This document shows, one piece after another, positions 12,014 through 25,590 of a stretch of DNA of 64,000 bases. Position 1 is the stretch's first letter. The number at the start of each line of letters is the position of its first letter. The DNA lies in contig BDGG01000002.1 of assembly GCA_001949185.1 (NCBI GenBank), forward strand, positions 7,554,448 through 7,618,447, in the 5' to 3' direction. Position numbers and translations under genes: made by a program. The notes under the pieces were generated by a model that had not been told where the DNA came from, did not search any database, and worked only from the letters and a program-made list of their open reading frames with translations. Source of the DNA: Ramazzottius varieornatus (Eukaryota; Animalia; Tardigrada).

Positions 12014-13303
12014 TTGGAGAAACGATCTGCGTGGAATTGATACATTGACGGCTCATTTCTCTAATTGATTTTTCGAATGCGGGATGGAAAGTGTCTCATG
12101 GGGGATTCTTCTTGTTTCATTAGGAATGGGGCATGAATACCGATCTGTTGAAGGTCTTCGATTTGCTTCTGGAAAAGACGGCCGAGAACTACGCACAGTC
12201 AACGTGAAGATTCGGAGAATTCAAGAGATCCGCAATTAAAAAACGTTGAATCTCATGTTGAAAAGCCAAGACTGACAATCAAATAGTCAATCAAGCGATA
12301 GACGCTACAGCCGTGGCTAACTTTACAAACTCGGTACGGGGCGGCTAAGGCTGTGTTTCGTAAGTCAAAAATCCTAGTTGACTACCAGCTTTTTCACACG
12401 TGACTGCAAACATCACGAACGGGGTAGGTGCTGGGTTAACGGTTAACTAGCATAAAAAGGCTAGCTAACGCTTAACCCAATTCAATCAAGCACGCATAAA
12501 TCACAGAGCAATTTGATTGTCCAAGCTCGTCTTTTTCAAGCATCTTTCTAATGTTCGTCCTTAGCCCTGACGTCAGCAATCACGTGTCGGGTTATCAACT
12601 AGGGTTGACTTACGAAACGCAGCCTAAGTTTACGACCTTTACCTCGTATGTCACTGGATGTGAAATATCACACATTCCAGTTTGGTTTCTGTTCTTTCAT
12701 TCCTCTTATGTTACGTATCTGAAGTTCTCGCTCCTTCGGTGCACTTCCGGGATCCTGTGCCACGACTCTTACCCTTCTGTACTGTTTAGATCTATTTCTG
12801 TTGTCTTTTACCAGATTTGCAGTCCATAACTTCGTTTCTCGTTCGCAACCTGAAATTACTTTAGACAGAAATGAATGTTTGAAATGATCGAAATGCAGTT
12901 CGTTCTTTTCGTTTTGCTCGGAAGAAGAAGCCAGTTCCTTATGCCCTGGCTTCTGGTCTTGCGCACCGAATGCACTTGGTCGATCGCGCCGTCAATGAAT
13001 CAGAGTTCAGAATGATATCATTTAGACGCGTAACGCGCCGCGAGACTCTTGAATGAGCTCATGCACAACTATGATGTCATATCAGCTCGATTAAAATATC
13101 GATAAGTAAACAGTGGTATTTCTCGTATAAAGCCCAGCTATCATCGGATTTGTTTTCGATACAGATCATCCACTCATAACCGGCGTCGGAGTTTTTGCGC
13201 GTCTTCGGGGCATTTCTTTATACTAACCCGTTTCATTCTAATTTTCTTACTTGTTATACAGGTTTTCCAAAGGCAGCTAGTGCTCAACAAATCCGATCTC
13301 TTC

Positions 13304-15015
13304 ATGGCGTCACTGATAGAGGAAGAAGTCGCGCGACTGAAGTTGGAACTGCCGGGATCCTGTAAAGTTATCCGGAATCAAGGAAGCTACCGGTACATCG
13401 TCAATCTGAAAATCGGAAGCACTAACTCGCTACGAGTGCGGTTCGCGATACCTGGTAAGACTGAAAGAATGAGAATGGTTACTTCGAATAGTGAAGACCT
13501 AAGTACGATATCTAAGCCGCGCATGACGTCATAAGCCTGTTATGTAGGTCGAGACTCGATCGTGCCATTTTTTCAGGTTCTTAGACTGAACCGAAATCCA
13601 TCACTTTCCTTCTTTTAGATGCTTACCCGAACACAGCTCCGGACATAACCGTCAGGAATGAGTTCGAAACCTCGACGGAAAACGTAGAAGCAGTCTCCAG
13701 TCTTGAAGAAGAACTCATCACATCCGCTAAGAAGCTATTAGGGTCACCAATGCTGGTTCAGCTGGCCAATCAGGTGTCTTCCTGGCTGGAGAAGGATCCT
13801 AGGACCTTCTTTCCTAATTCGATTGTCGAAGAAAAATCGAGTCAGTTGGAGACACCTACAACGTCTCGCGTGAAGGTTAACCCTTCAAGTGACAGCGAAG
13901 AAGACTCTAAACTTCCACCTTTGAGAACCGCAGCAGACGTGGTCTCCCGAATTCTTTGGGACAAGCAGCTTGATCCATCTTGTGTGATAGTAGGATACTT
14001 GGATCGTTTTGCCGGAGTGATTGAGGGAAAGTTTCAGGACTTCTGCTGGGATCAACCCATCTCGGCTGTCGATAATGATACTCTGGCCATTCCGCGTCAC
14101 CGGATCCAGTACTTCAAGTACGGAGACGTCAAGATGTGGGACAAGACTGAACGGTTGGACTTGGTCTTTGGTTCTACCGGAAGTGAAGTTCGCTTACATA
14201 ACCTTGTGAGAGAGACGGGAGACTCGCACACGTCACAAGCTAAAGACGAAGGTACGTTAGACCGAAGAACCCGGAAGAACCTATATTACAATATTCAAAT
14301 AAGTCAATTATGTTTTACAGAGCGTGATCGATGGGCGATCGATGGCGAAGACCTGGATATCGATTACAACACCATCATGGAAGGTATGAAAGAATACAAG
14401 AATGTCAACCGGCCAAATTTCTTCCTCGGTGTCCGGATAACCGAGAAAGATATCCGAGCGAAAGCGGAAAGTATCACCGAGAAAATCATCACCTTGGATT
14501 CTCGCCTGAATGCTTGTGCTCTTTCCTCTGCCTGCTTCCACATTACCCTAGCCACCCTTCGACTTGACGGGGAACCTCAAATCCGTAATGCCATCCACTT
14601 GCTGAAGAACCTCCAACCGGCACTGAAAGAACATTTTTCCGAACCTATCGTCCTCACGATAGACAAGCTTGACCACTTTTACGGGAACGTGCTGTACGCC
14701 AAGGTGGAACACAACCCGAAACTGACGCGCTTCGCTGAGTTTATACGAGGAAGTATCCTTTCTGGAGGTCTTCGCATCGTCGATGTTCACTGCTTCTCTC
14801 CGCACATGACCATCATGAAGATCAACCGGCCCACACAACGCCAGTACGGACTTCCAAGAACCATTGACAGCTACTTATACCAACCTTTCAAGAACGAGTA
14901 CTTCGGAAAACAGATTGTGTCCGACTTGTTTCTTTGTCCAATCGCCGCGGATCGACAAGACGATGGCTTTTACCAAACTGTGTTGGAAATGAGTTTGGAA
15001 TCTTTCGCAGGTTGA
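13304..15015 (+). CDS. RWD + MJ1316 (DUF504) + AKAP7-like 2H phosphoesterase protein (LENG9-like)
   Basis: RWD-like YPNTAP; MJ1316 LRTAADVVSRILWD...GYLDRF...IPRHRIQYF; 2H motifs HITL and HMTI. Confidence 0.85.
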
Positions 15016-15186
15016 TTTTTCTACCAGTTTTTGCTAATTTGTTATAGACGAAAGGAATTTTTTTTTCATAGAAGTCTTTCTTTCTATATCACCGCACAAG
15101 GATAAGATTATAGACAGACCAACTTGAATAAATTATCTTCTTCATGAGAATTCAGAGAGGGTCATCAAACAAAAGAATACTAAAAA

Positions 15187-16545
15187 CTAGGATACTGCAA
15201 TGAGTCTTTGGTAAGTGCTAATCATAAATTCCGGTTGATGAAAGCCATGAGCGGCGATCATCTTATCCCGGTACAGTTCCGCATTCCCTTCGAAAGGGAC
15301 ATAATCAAACCAAATCGCATCACTTCTATCCTGACTAGAGATCTGCAGCATGTGAGCAATGATCGAGAGATAGATATCGTCAAAACGAAACAGCGGAACA
15401 AAGTGCGAGGCGTAAAAGAACTTTTCCGCGGTATCTTTGGAGAGCAATACAGCAGCCGCCGTAATGTAGGGGGGATACCACGAGAACGGGTACTCATCAG
15501 TGGAAATGTACCATTTCGACCACCTCCATCTTTGAGGCTTCGAACCAGGAAACTGATGGCCCAAGTAGACATCGTTCGGGACAGACTGCAAGTCTCGCTC
15601 AGCGCGGATCCCATCGAGGAGCTTTTCCATGTTCTTCATGTTTAGCAGCATATCGTCGTCGCTGAAAAAGACAAAGCCATTACGGGCATCGAGTATCGGA
15701 CACTTATCAAGGAGGTAATGTAGTCCAGCGATGGTTTTGGCTGTGTTGTTGAAATAAGTATCGAGGAACTGCAATTGGATGAGGTCGCCATGCGTGGCTT
15801 GTTCTTCCATGAGATCCGCTTGATATTGGTACGTAAAACCCGTGGTAGGACCTACGCCCACATCAGCACCACCCGTACCGGAAGTGTGCGTTCCGCCTAC
15901 GCCTACGACGAATAATACTTGGTAAAGTGACTCTTTGCCATTCTTCGCCATAGTATGTGCTGAAGCAGCAGCCCATGTCTTCCTAATGGCTTCCCTTCGT
16001 GCGGAATGTGTGACGGCAGACTTCACGAGGATGACCAGACCAACGCTTTTGGATGAGTGGAAGAGTGTGCAAGCAGTAGGAGCAGGCATATCAGCGACGG
16101 GAGTTGTGATGAACTGGAGATACTTGATGTGCTGACGAAGGACGGGAATCTGTCCGACCATCGACATCATTCCCTGGGCGAAAGCTGGTCGTTCACTGAA
16201 GTCGTTCTCTTTCTCCAGCTTCCAGAAAGCCGAGTTCAACTTCCATTCTTCTAACGAGGAAGTGAGGCTAGCGGAGAACTCGACGTAGTCGATGCGACGG
16301 CCATCGGATGTCCGCTGGTGGTCTTGGTAGAATCCGTTGTCGAAGACGCGCGGCGGCCATGTGAAGTCGTTGTCGAACGATTTCTCGAAGAAGATGAAGT
16401 CGTAAATACCCACGTAGTTGGCCGCGAAGCCGAGGAAGATTACTAGGACCAGTACGAAATAGAAGTCACAGACGAAGAAGGGGTTCTTCCGGGAGAGCCA
16501 CCGACGCACAGGGGTCATCTGGGAGACGAGCTGGAGAAAGCTCAT
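15187..16545 (-). CDS. brn: GT31 beta-1,3-glycosyltransferase, brainiac-like
   Basis: N-terminal TM, VKSA...RREAIRKTW, F.DTYFNNT.KT, DDD motif, YPPY, FRFDDIYL. Confidence 0.8.
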   Translation of the reverse strand: MSFLQLVSQMTPVRRWLSRKNPFFVCDFYFVLVLVIFLGFAANYVGIYDFIFFEKSFDNDFTWPPRVFDNGFYQDHQRTSDGRRIDYVEFSASLTSSLEEWKLNSAFWKLEKENDFSERPAFAQGMMSMVGQIPVLRQHIKYLQFITTPVADMPAPTACTLFHSSKSVGLVILVKSAVTHSARREAIRKTWAAASAHTMAKNGKESLYQVLFVVGVGGTHTSGTGGADVGVGPTTGFTYQYQADLMEEQATHGDLIQLQFLDTYFNNTAKTIAGLHYLLDKCPILDARNGFVFFSDDDMLLNMKNMEKLLDGIRAERDLQSVPNDVYLGHQFPGSKPQRWRWSKWYISTDEYPFSWYPPYITAAAVLLSKDTAEKFFYASHFVPLFRFDDIYLSIIAHMLQISSQDRSDAIWFDYVPFEGNAELYRDKMIAAHGFHQPEFMISTYQRLIAVS

Positions 16546-17217
16546 GGTGTCCGACACCTAAATAGAACATGGCATCTCGATACGAATCAGTCATAATCGA
16601 GTGCGAGGTGCTGGCAACTTACAGAAAGGCAGAATGTCGGATCACTAAACGTCCTTTCCCCATATAAGAGGACACATCCACCGGAAGTGGTCGTCTTCCT
16701 GTGTCGCCATCGTGGTATATGGCCTCAAGGCTCGCGTCACAGCTGCCCGAGTATTGAGTACGTCGATCTCATGAGCACTCGACGGGATACACGCGATGAA
16801 CGAGAAGTGACATGGTCCGAATCTGGGAGCGAGTCAGCCAGGACAACGTGAATAGAAAATCAGAAATTAGGTGAATGAAAAACTGTGATAGTGATACAAA
16901 GGTAAACAGCTAATCAATTAAGCTGCTCAAATCAATCACTCAGCAAATTTATTCAAGTCCAAAACTTTCGGGATTTGGAACTTCTATCTTCGACTGGGAA
17001 CTTGCAGTTTCTGTGTCTCTTCCCTCTGGTGGTTCGTTTGTCTTCTACAACTATGAAGAGGCGTGGGTTCCCTAGATAAAAGTGCTAGTAGCGCTGTGAT
17101 TCCTCTCCTTCACATGAGAAGTGCGACAGAGCTTGTGCTGTAACAACGTTGACGGACCGGAAGCAGGACATCACGGTGGTACAGACACTGAACGCATCCA
17201 ACGGAACTTCCAGAAGA

Positions 17218-20200
17218 ATGACAGGCCACAGCAACAATCTCCAGAACGGAGTGCTGTACGAGGTTCTCGTCTCTGCGGAATGGAATGTCACGAAGTCTGC
17301 GACTGGTGAGAAGGTAATCGAGTCGCATCATAATTGCCTGTAGTTAGTATGTGCAGCTCTAATGCACGAGCGATACTTTGCAACCGGAAGTGACATCGTT
17401 TGCAGGTAAATACGGACAAGCCCCAACCCGCTCATGTTCCTGCATACATTCACTGGATGGAGAGGATTTTCTGTACGTAAATTATGCGGTAACGTAATGA
17501 TTTGTGATGCGGAACTAATTTACCCTTCGTTTTTACAATCCAGATCCGTTCTTGTGGCTGTTCGCCTGGCTATCTTGGACCGTGTCCGAATACATAGCCA
17601 CATTCAGTATCCCCGATGCGCTGATAAAGCTGAAGAGGTCCGAAATACCATGGAAGCTTGCTGCCGTCAGGTAAGGAGTCCGATAGAGTCCTAAGATTAA
17701 TCATACCTTGTTCAAAAGTGTCGGGTGGGTCCCAGAGCGGATAATGGGAAAGGACTTCCGGGTGGCGATATACTTGCGGCAGTATTGACCAACAGTACTT
17801 TGGAACTTCGGAGTTCTTCAGACGACTTTGAGACATCTTCCCAGTCTTTCGCTGGTTCGTTGAATTCTCTGTTCTCACACACCTTGACGAACTTGTCAAG
17901 GTGGAAGTGAGTTTGTGATGTACCGGTTGTTTCGTTGACAGTCAAGTCTGACGCGTTCCCCTCTTTTCGCAACGCCGTGTGGAGCAAGGATGGGAAATTC
18001 GTCGCGGTTAGCTCGTCGGATGGGACTTTGTCTGTGGACGACTGTACGAACGCGGAACCTCAAACACTTACAACAAAACCGTCTGTGCGTAACCTGCGGC
18101 GCCTCCAATTGCAGTTTGCAATCGCAATAAAAAAGTGATCTGCATTTCGTAGGCTGATATCGCATCGGGTTTACTTCGACAACGGCTAATTTCCACTATG
18201 TTTTGGTCTGACAGACTAGGCAGGTAAATGACAGGACAAGGAGAATTCACGCCTTTTTCTCTTGTTCAGTTAACTCAGAAATTAGTACTAAGCCAGCCCT
18301 TACAGAGTGGAACTTATCGCCTGTTGTACTTCGGGTCTTCTCACTTCCTTTTTGAAAAGGTAATGACAGACAACAAAATGACATGAAGCGCCGTTCTCAC
18401 TCATCACTGGCGTACTAGGGTTACTTTACTCTTGGCAGGCCCGACGGACAGCACAGTGAAGGATGGTCCGTAAACTGCAGGAGCCACCTGCCGAAGTGCT
18501 ACAAGGGGACCTTATCCGCAATTCATGCACGTCGTCAAGACCTCGTTGTGATTGCGTCTGCAGTAATAAGCACGGTCGACGAGGACATTAGGTCCTTCTG
18601 GGATGCCGGCTTGTCACTTTGGAGATTTATGGATGAAGCGCCATATTTGGTCCTCGTTTCGGACGCGACAAGTGACGAAGTGACTTTGCAGTCCTCATTA
18701 AACCTCGCTCAAAATTTGCTGGTCGTTATTCCCTGGTGTGTTCTTGTAGGCTCTGCAGGTTTCTCAGACATACAGGAAGTTAGCCAAAGCCTGTGATGGA
18801 GCTTGGAAGATGTCACTCAGTCCATCCGAGACTTGTCTGCTAACCCTCTTCCTGTCAGGCTCGGTTGCCGTCTGGTCTTTCCCTTCCTTACGTCTTCGCA
18901 AGTTCTACAACGTGGAGACTATGCCGAGATATGAGGGTGAAGTCTCTAGTGCACCGGCCAGTTCCACGTTGGACAGCACCTTTGAACTCGATGCTCACTT
19001 CCCTCTGGACGCTCAGTGGTGGTCGGACACCGTCATCGTCCTTTGTCAAGCTGGTGGCATCATATCGCTGCTTGATGTGACGGAAAGGGTCTTGACGAAT
19101 GCAGCACATGGGTCTTTCGAACAATTCAGCCCGGGATGTACTATCTCGCAGAACCTTGGTGACCGCTTCTTCATTCTTGAGGCAAGTACAGTGTTGAAAA
19201 TGCATCCCTTCCGGTGCAAATTTTTTGACTGGTTTGTTGGTTCACAAGTGGAATACATGTGCTGTAGTCTTGTAGACACACTGTAAGTCAAAAATTTACA
19301 CGGCTTTCAACACTGTACACTCCTGAAAGAACCTGGAAGCGTGATTACCACCAAGTGTTTACGTATTTCAGGAGAATTCTACAGGTGCTGACGCTTCGTT
19401 GCACAACACGTCGTCGATCAACGATGAAGAAGACATAGTTTCTGCCGTGCGCCAAACTCTGCGCAGCATCAGCAGCGAGGATATTGCGGAAGGCTCCGAG
19501 TTCGACAAACGAAGGAATGCGTCCTTCAAGTTGCATTGTTTCAAAGCTGCGTCGCCTCTGGAGATGTTCAACAGGAAGCTTCAACATGAAGAATATGGTA
19601 AGTTCGGAAAGCTTCTATGTCGACTACGATCTGTTTATATTCCATTTCTAGGTGAGGCTCTTCTCATTGCTCAAAGGTTCAACCTGGACGCCGACGTGGT
19701 GTACCAACGCCGCTGGATGACGAATAGAATCACGAAAGATACCATAGCCGAGTTCCTCATGAAAGTCAAGGACGTTTCGTGGGTTCTTCGCGAGTGCCTT
19801 GAAAGAGTTCCCGATAGTCCTGATGTCGTTCGGCAACTTCTCCACCTGGGGTTGAGCCTTACCGACCTGGGAAAGATTGCTCAGTCGAATCCTGAATGCT
19901 ACAAGGACGGAAAAAGATCGAACGACTACTTACCCGGAAGTGTCGACGTAACCAAGTAAGCCATTATGAAGCCAGTGTGGTTTCTTCCAAGGTGAACCTT
20001 GATCACATGAAGAATAGTTGCGTCCATTAGGAATAAGTTGTATTGTGGGATGAGTGTGGACCTTTTCCTCGTAGACTGACGTCAGAGCAACTTGCCTTGA
20101 TTGGGCATCGGCGTCAGCTTTTACGCTTCAGTCGTTTCCTGACGACTTACGAAGAAATGTTGGGCGGTGGCGAGAAGGCGTCGCGATACTTTCTTGCCGC

Positions 20201-23200
20201 AGAGTATGGCGAACTCCGACGGATGACACCACTGCACGTCGCAGTTTACTTTGCAGAGAACTGTAAAGCCCGTGAGCTTCACACTTTCCGGTACTCCAAC
20301 CACGATGAGCTGTGGCCGCACTGGCTCGACATTCTCAGCCACTTTCCGGAAACATTTCCACCGGGAGAATACCAGTTCCTTATCCCTTCTGTCTGGTAAG
20401 TACGACACCAGAAATTGGAAAGACCCAAGAAAACAACTGAAAACTGAATTCCTTTCCGATCTTTGTATCAAGGGAGCTCCCGAAAGAAACTCAACCAGAT
20501 CGTCTTCCTAAGTGGCGTATGTTTGCAACGACAACAGCTGGAAGCCTGCGCTACTTCGGGAAAGCGATCTCGTCCAGTCTGTTTGACCAGCTTTGATGGT
20601 TACACTCTTGATCCACTTTTGCCGTTGTATCAATAAGTACGTCTTACTTTCTTTTTCTATAGGAACGATAGCATTGTGGAAGTTCAAAGTGGGTCGGAGG
20701 AACCACGAGACTGGTCTGAAATCGAACCTTTTGCTTCCACCCTGGATATTGAAAGCAAGTCACGGCTTGAAGCAGACGCTCGCTTGGTTGAGAAGATGCA
20801 ATATAGAATGACGCCGACAGTGGAAGGGCTGACAGACTGGTTCAGTGTCCGTGTGCGCGAGATTGAATCTCGGACCGGCAACATTGTTGATGCTCAGGAA
20901 TTACTGCAGATAGCTTCCGCAAAAGGCGTTTTCGGGTTGGACAAGCTCTTTGACGACCTGGATACTTTGGCTTCTCTCGTGTACTACTGTGGCCAGATTG
21001 AACTAACATTGGAGGAGATGCAGGGACTTTCGCCAGGACAGATCCTTCGCTTACTCGAACAACCGGCAAGAGGCTGATAGCTGAGATTAAACTTTCAGCC
21101 AGCTTTAGGGAATTAATTATCTGTCAAGCTGATCTTTCTGCGATTTATCTGACAAGGCCGTGCTCGGCACGAACTTGACTGGCATTAGTAAAGAAAAATT
21201 GCAGAATATCGGAGCGTGACTTGGGTCAAAATATTTCGTCACGGCGAATTTCTGTCGAATTTTTGGTTTTTGACATAGTATTTTGTTTTAGAGAAAGCCG
21301 GAAGTTTTCTCAACGGCAGTTCGGCAGCACATCGTTCCGTTCTTGATACGCTGCGAGAAGCGACAGGTTGGCAGCAGACAAGCTCTGATGCGAGAGTTCC
21401 TGCTGGAAACCGCTGCAGACCCTCAGCTGGGTCTGGACAAGTGCCTCAAAGTATTCCAGCAGTCCATGCCAGGAGTGAGTATATCTGTATACCTCTGTAA
21501 AAAATAATTTAAACGTTGTATCGAGCAAGTTTGATTTTGCAGATGGCCGAGCCTGCAATTGACAGTGTGGAAGGAACTGTCAGGCTGGCGTTAGAGTGTA
21601 TCTCGGTTACATCGAGAGTGGACCAGTTAGAGCAAATGAAGGCTATTCTGGATTCGCTGCCGTCTTCTTCTGAGCTCCAGTCTGCTTTGGACAAGGAACT
21701 CGCCACTGAAGTGGAAAATGTAACAGAACTTGTTAGGTAAGGCCCGTGTAACTTTCGATTTCCAATGGGAACTCCGTAAGAAACTCAGCGAAGCCGCTTT
21801 CCCCAAGTGGCGCAGAGTTTCAATGTTTTTGGACGAGGAGGTGCGCCACTCGGGCAAAGTTTGATGGTCCCTATCCTAAATACAGGGTCATACAGTATAA
21901 TACGTGGCATAAAAATGTGAGTTAGTTTGTCTCTGCTCCAGAACGATCGAGTTCGCCGAACAGTATGGCTCACAGCTCTCAATCAAGAGTCTGCAGGAAA
22001 TTCAAGAAGAGAGTCACCGCTCACTGGACTTTGTAAAGCATATCCTGACTCGAGCAGTACAGAAGCCGGCTGGGTTCTCCGAGCTCGACTGGAAAGACAT
22101 CTACACTAGCTATATGAAAGCCTGCCAGAAAGTCTTTCCAGCTCATATCAACCCCGACCAGGCACTGGAAGTAAGTGAAACGTGGTCCTCGTAGTACACT
22201 TTCTGTGTGACCGGAAGTGAGGTTGCACAGTTTATCCCATGTGCGCTGATGTGAATGCAGCATCTGCATTCACTGCTCAGCTTCATAGTGCCTTAACTTT
22301 TCCATCTTCCAGCTCTTCGTGAGGGCTCTACTGATGTCCGCCAAGCCCGACTACGTTCAGCTTTCCACAAAGTTCCTACCTCTCCCAGTGGCAGCACCCG
22401 CCTTTTCTCCTCGCCCAACGCACGCCGAAGTCTGGAAAGTTTCCAAGCGTCTTTCTAAAGAGACCAGCGCCCATCTTCTCCTCACGGCTGGCCGGGAGTA
22501 TTTCGTCGGGGCCGACGATTTCAGAGATGCGAAGATCCAGCTCGCCAAGCGCTGCTTCGACCTGGCTACCGACTTGACACCAGACGCCAAGAAAGAAGCT
22601 CAACTGATCGACGCTCTGGCCTTCCTTGACGGATGCGGCCTCACCGTTGCGCCTTTGGAACTTCTAACTTCCAAGGACCGGTTCGTCTTTATCAAGAGAG
22701 CGCTGGATACTCGAGGCGACTTGTACAAAGACCAAGTGAGGCAAGTATCCAGTAACGTCCAAGCACATGCATACTTGTCATACTTGCATACCAGCATGGA
22801 CGATAGTTGAGTAACGGTATGCAGATGGATGAAACTTCTGCTGTATTAACGATGGAGGTATTTGTTCCAGGTTGAAAGAGCTGGCCGCACTACTCGACAT
22901 CGACGACAGTATCCAGAAGATCGTTGAAGCAGTAGCGGAGAAGGCATTTGAGAAGAAAGACTTGGCTTTTGCTCGAGGCCTCTGCCAGAAGTTCATGGCA
23001 GAGAACCGAGCTTCCGCCTGGGAGTTGTGTGTCAAGTTGGCCTCTGCCGAAGGCTTTGAGGATGCCGATTTCCGGCAAAGGCTTTTACTTTTCGCCACCG
23101 TCAACTGCCCCCCAAATCAGCTAAACAGAGTTACGAGCTTGAAGAACCAAGTTCAGACTTTATCTCCGAGAATGATTTCCACAGTTTCAGATGAGGAAGT

Positions 23201-25590
23201 TGATAGAGAACCCATAGCAAAACTGGCAGTTGATCCATGTTTTCTAAGCGCGGTCGAACACGGAAGGCACGTGACAAGTTTGAGCTTTTTGTCGATGATA
23301 AAAGAGATGAAGAACCTTAAGGTAGTGGCGAACAGCCTCAACGGAGAAGATTCTGAGGAGGATATGAGTGAGGTGTTCATTGCTGCCGCGTCGAAGTGTC
23401 TGGACGTGGACACTGGTCTGTCGCTGTTCCTGCTGGGATGTCTTCCGGACAAGAGCACGGCCGAACGCTTGTTCGATTCGCTGCCACAGACACCAGCTGT
23501 TCGAAGACTGGCTACGTACTTCTACGCATTAGAATTGGCACTGAACAAAGCAAGTGTGACGGAAGTGGCGGAGGTTCTCAACGCTGACGAAGCGACCATC
23601 GTCGACCGAGGTAAGAAACCCTATATTATTTACGGAAATTACTCTGGCTTTCAGATGCAGTAATATTATTGTCAGAACTGAACTTCCTGGTGGAGTTCCT
23701 ATTGAATACCCAGGACGTCGGCAAATGATCTCACCCACATCGTTTTTGTTAATGTGGCGCAGGCACTCTGCCAATCACAATGAGAACCTGCGCCACTTTA
23801 GATAATGATCCGGGCCAAACCTATTGCCCACGTTCCATCTACTGTATGCTCTCCCGAAATTCACGTACGTCACTGTTATGGCCACCGTATGAGAACTCTT
23901 TCTCTAGTTTTACACTCTGAATGGAGTGACGTACGTGAATTTCGGGAGAGTATACAGTGCTGTATGACATTGTGCGACTGGATAACCAACCGCCACCTTG
24001 TTTCTTGCAGCGACGAAGGAAGCATCTTCCGGAGACAAGAAAGACGCAAGCCTAGCAGGGTTAATGAGGAAGCACTTGTCGAAGAATCCAGCCAAGCAGC
24101 CTCCATTAACAGTTAGAAAGTCAGGAAGAATCGCCCAGAAAGAAACAGCGAAAGGTGCGCCGTTTTCCAACCTGACCGTTCCGCCACCTATTGCTGCTTC
24201 CATTACACCACAGGCGCCACAAAGTAGTCCAAAGAGTGAAATTTCAAGTGGTCCGCCACCTTCGGCAGCGAAGACCGCAACCGCAAACCTGCGCACTTTC
24301 CTCAAGGGGGTGGATGAAGCCAAGTTCCGATCGAACCCTGAATACCGCAAGAGCTTCATACTCCGTTCAGCTGCCACCAAAGATATTCAGACGCTTCAGA
24401 AGCTCATTCAGATAGCCGAAGAGAACGGGATAGAAGGTTGGGAAGTGCTGGCGGCTGTGATCAAGTACTTCTATACGGTATCGGGTCTTTCTGCTGACGA
24501 AATCACCATACTGTCCAGCAAGATACCTGATTTGGTACAGACTTTGAGAAGTAGAAAGGGAGACTTCCTGAGGTTTTCTAATCAGAATATTCAGCCTTAC
24601 ATGGGCAACGCTGATATGTCGGTCCTGGAGTCTTATTTGGATTTTTTGCATTGTATCGAAAAAGCCACATGAACTTCTTCGTTATTCGAACTTACGCTTG
24701 ATAACAAACTATGCGTGCAGATGAAAGTTCGAGAAGATAATTATACACTACAGAAGCTTCGGTGAAGATGCAGATCGAAACAATAAGGCTCAGCAGACGA
24801 TCATGTGCAAGCTGGCAGTTGTGGTCAGCGAGTGTGTTTTTCTGTCGGTCTCGGATCTTTGCGTCACATCAAACCGTTCGTTGCCGAGCCTTGTTTGACA
24901 ATAGGTTGGTGGATCAAGTGCTGCAAGATTTTCAGATCGGAGATGCCCAGAAACTGGCACGCCTAAGTGCGGTCTATTGGACGAATATTTCCGTTACGGA
25001 AGCGGTCCCCAGGATGACTTGGGTATAAAGTCTGATATGTCCAGGTGCGGGGCAGTCATTTACATCGTTCCAATCTCGCAGGAGTCTGCAAGCTCTAGTC
25101 GTCCGAATCGCCAGATGAATGAGGGGTTCATTTCTTGCGCGCCAATAACAATCAGTAAATCCTCTTGTCAGGTCCGAAAAACTCTGGAAACAAGACCGAA
25201 TTTGCAGCATCCGAGATCGACGGGAAACACCGGTACACGTGTACCGATCGGGCAGTTTCGACACCTCACTGCACGCTTATCTTACCTGGCCAATCGTCGG
25301 CAGTTTTCGACATCCGAAGTCTGTAGTTTGCAAAACATCCATTTTTAGATGGCGCGGGCACATGTATTGTCATGTAGCACACGTCGACATTTTCGCTTCC
25401 GGCTCGCCGAGGGAGAGCGACTGTACCATCTTCACCAGCTGCCTGCTTTCTTTAACGTTGACCATGTCCAAGTCGACTTCCGCTGTCTCCCGAAGTATGG
25501 ACGGTTCTTGGAGACCACCGCGGTGATACCATCGCGATCCATGACCAACCAGACTCCCGGACCAGCTTGGGATATTCTCTACATTGATTG
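17218..25590 (+). CDS. NBAS: NBAS / Sec39-domain protein, many exons, 3' end approximate
   Basis: N-terminal LYEVLVSAEW, EEYGEAL.IAQ.F.LD.D.VYQ..W, HWLDILSHFPET..P.EY, VPFL.RCEK. Confidence 0.88.
20512..20554. repeat. Intronic palindromic element unit
   Basis: gtggcgtat-N25-ctgcgctac, NBAS intron. Confidence 0.7.
21807..21849. repeat. Intronic palindromic element unit
   Basis: gtggcgcag-N25-gtgcgccac, NBAS intron. Confidence 0.85.
23754..23796. repeat. Intronic palindromic element unit
   Basis: gtggcgcag-N25-ctgcgccac, NBAS intron. Confidence 0.85.

Larger units (their letters stand above)
10071..12207 (+). pseudogene. DUF2828-family (TROVE-like + vWA) gene with introns, disrupted
   Basis: TEN..AF.TTGD.CL.LF, LREIRGGKGEK, GYKDLL, SLCAKW, CDVSASM...VAVALGL, WGMNTDL.KVFDL. 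In-frame TAGs at 10767, 10860 and 10944, plus frameshifts near 11340-11410. Confidence 0.8.

Noticed and set aside
21170-21226. Possible additional degenerate palindromic unit (gagcgtgacttggg) in an NBAS intron
   Set aside because: The left arm is too degraded to count.
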